Source: Paraspadella gotoi (lineage: Eukaryota > Animalia > Chaetognatha). From it: DNA of 64,000 bases. The stretch spans positions 25,449,367 to 25,513,366 of the forward strand of contig CM119263.1 in assembly GCA_051294375.1 (NCBI GenBank). The letters are read 5' to 3'. Below, in pieces: positions 63,000-64,000 of this stretch. The notes under the pieces were generated by a model. It was not told the DNA's origin. It did no database searches and worked only from the letters and a program-made list of their open reading frames with translations. Both the position numbers and the translations under genes were made by a program. Numbering within the stretch: position 1 is the first letter of the stretch; each line of letters starts with the position of its first letter.

Positions 63000-63179
63000 C
63001 TAAATGGCGACGCGTAGGGTACATACGGTAAGACGTTAGACATGAATATCTGGCAATTTGTTTTAATGGACATCGATACCTTAAAAATGATTGGCAATTA
63101 AGTTAAACCCAATTTTTTTTCGGTTTCTCTTTGCTGAAAAACGTTTTATACGAATCGAGCAGAGGTAAACTCATTTATT

Positions 63180-63735
63180 GGCTTATTTTTACATTCGCCG
63201 ACCGGGATTTTGCGGTCGGTTATTTTTTTTTCCGCTTTTTATGTATATAGATTTCGATATGCAATTATAAAAAAAATATTAATGAGAGTAAAAAAAAATT
63301 ATTATAAATCCTTAACCATACCTAACTCTAACCATAATCTTAATCCATAACCAACCTTAACCCAATTGCTTACCGTTTAAAAAATATAAAAATATTGTTT
63401 TTCTTTTTTTTAATTTTATTAAGAAACCTAAATTTTGGACATGTTTCGGCTTTAATGTAAACCTTTATCAGCGTAAAAACGAATTGTTTTCTGAAACAAA
63501 TATTTTTACAGATTTTAAAATTTGAAGAGAGAGAGAAAGTTTGAAAATATTTGTTTCACCAATCAATTCGTTTTTGTGCTGATGAAAGTTTACATTGAAG
63601 CTGAAATATGTCAAAAATATTTTTTTATAAAACTCGTACGTAAACATAATTTATTTATTACATCATATATAAAAATAGCAAATAAAATTATAAAATTTGT
63701 ATTACTGAACCAAAAAAATGTATATTGCGCAAACT
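63180..63735 (-). mobile_element. Second copy of the composite palindrome/TTAGGG repeat
   Basis: Reverse complement of 8287-8867; shared spurious ORF text NICFTNQFVF.LMK.YIE; CCTAAC-like tract at ~63310-63365. Confidence 0.75.
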
Positions 63736-64000
63736 GAGATTCGAAGCGAGAGGGAAAACAAAATTAAATGGATAAACAAAGCTCCGCCTGGTGGTAGCTA
63801 AAGTTGGTTGCGAACGTCGAATAGTAAAGTTACCCCATTCATTTTGAGTTGCGTCGCGAGTACTCGCGTTTTCGATAACTCTATAACTCACTTTTCGGTT
63901 GGTCTGTCGGTATGTCTGTCCTTTGGTTTGTCCCACGGTTTGTCCCACTTATTTAAAATATGTATATAATTTGTTTGTTTATAGTTGATTGCTCATTTGT

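Overview
AT-rich, intron-rich animal genomic DNA with many introns of about 55-80 nt; not prokaryotic. Left to right: (1) a REEP1-4-family gene on the minus strand running off the left edge, probably with a ~430-aa N-terminal extension; (2) an intronless PHAX gene (-); (3) a large KDM3/JMJD1C JmjC histone demethylase gene (+, 10406-43019); (4) nested antisense in one 10.9-kb KDM3 intron, a complete 21-exon, ~1222-aa nitric oxide synthase (NOS)-like gene (-, 31973-21582); (5) an NKCC/SLC12A2-type cation-chloride cotransporter (+, 45910-61695) carrying a second antisense nested, unidentified multi-exon gene (-, ~53824-51156); (6) probably the 3' end of another minus-strand gene. The main finding is the NOS-like gene. 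Its reading frame and GT-AG splice sites are intact and it keeps the heme-ligating Cys and a recognisable FAD/NADPH domain, yet it has lost most residues that bind L-arginine, tetrahydrobiopterin, Zn and FMN, plus the catalytic Asp of the reductase. It looks like a maintained NOS pseudo-enzyme or a repurposed heme-thiolate protein. Non-coding DNA holds MITEs, two tRNA-derived SINE families, Penelope-type minimal hammerhead ribozyme motifs and TTAGGG-like tracts. All gene models were assembled by eye and residue comparisons rely on remembered mammalian consensus sequences; no database search was run.
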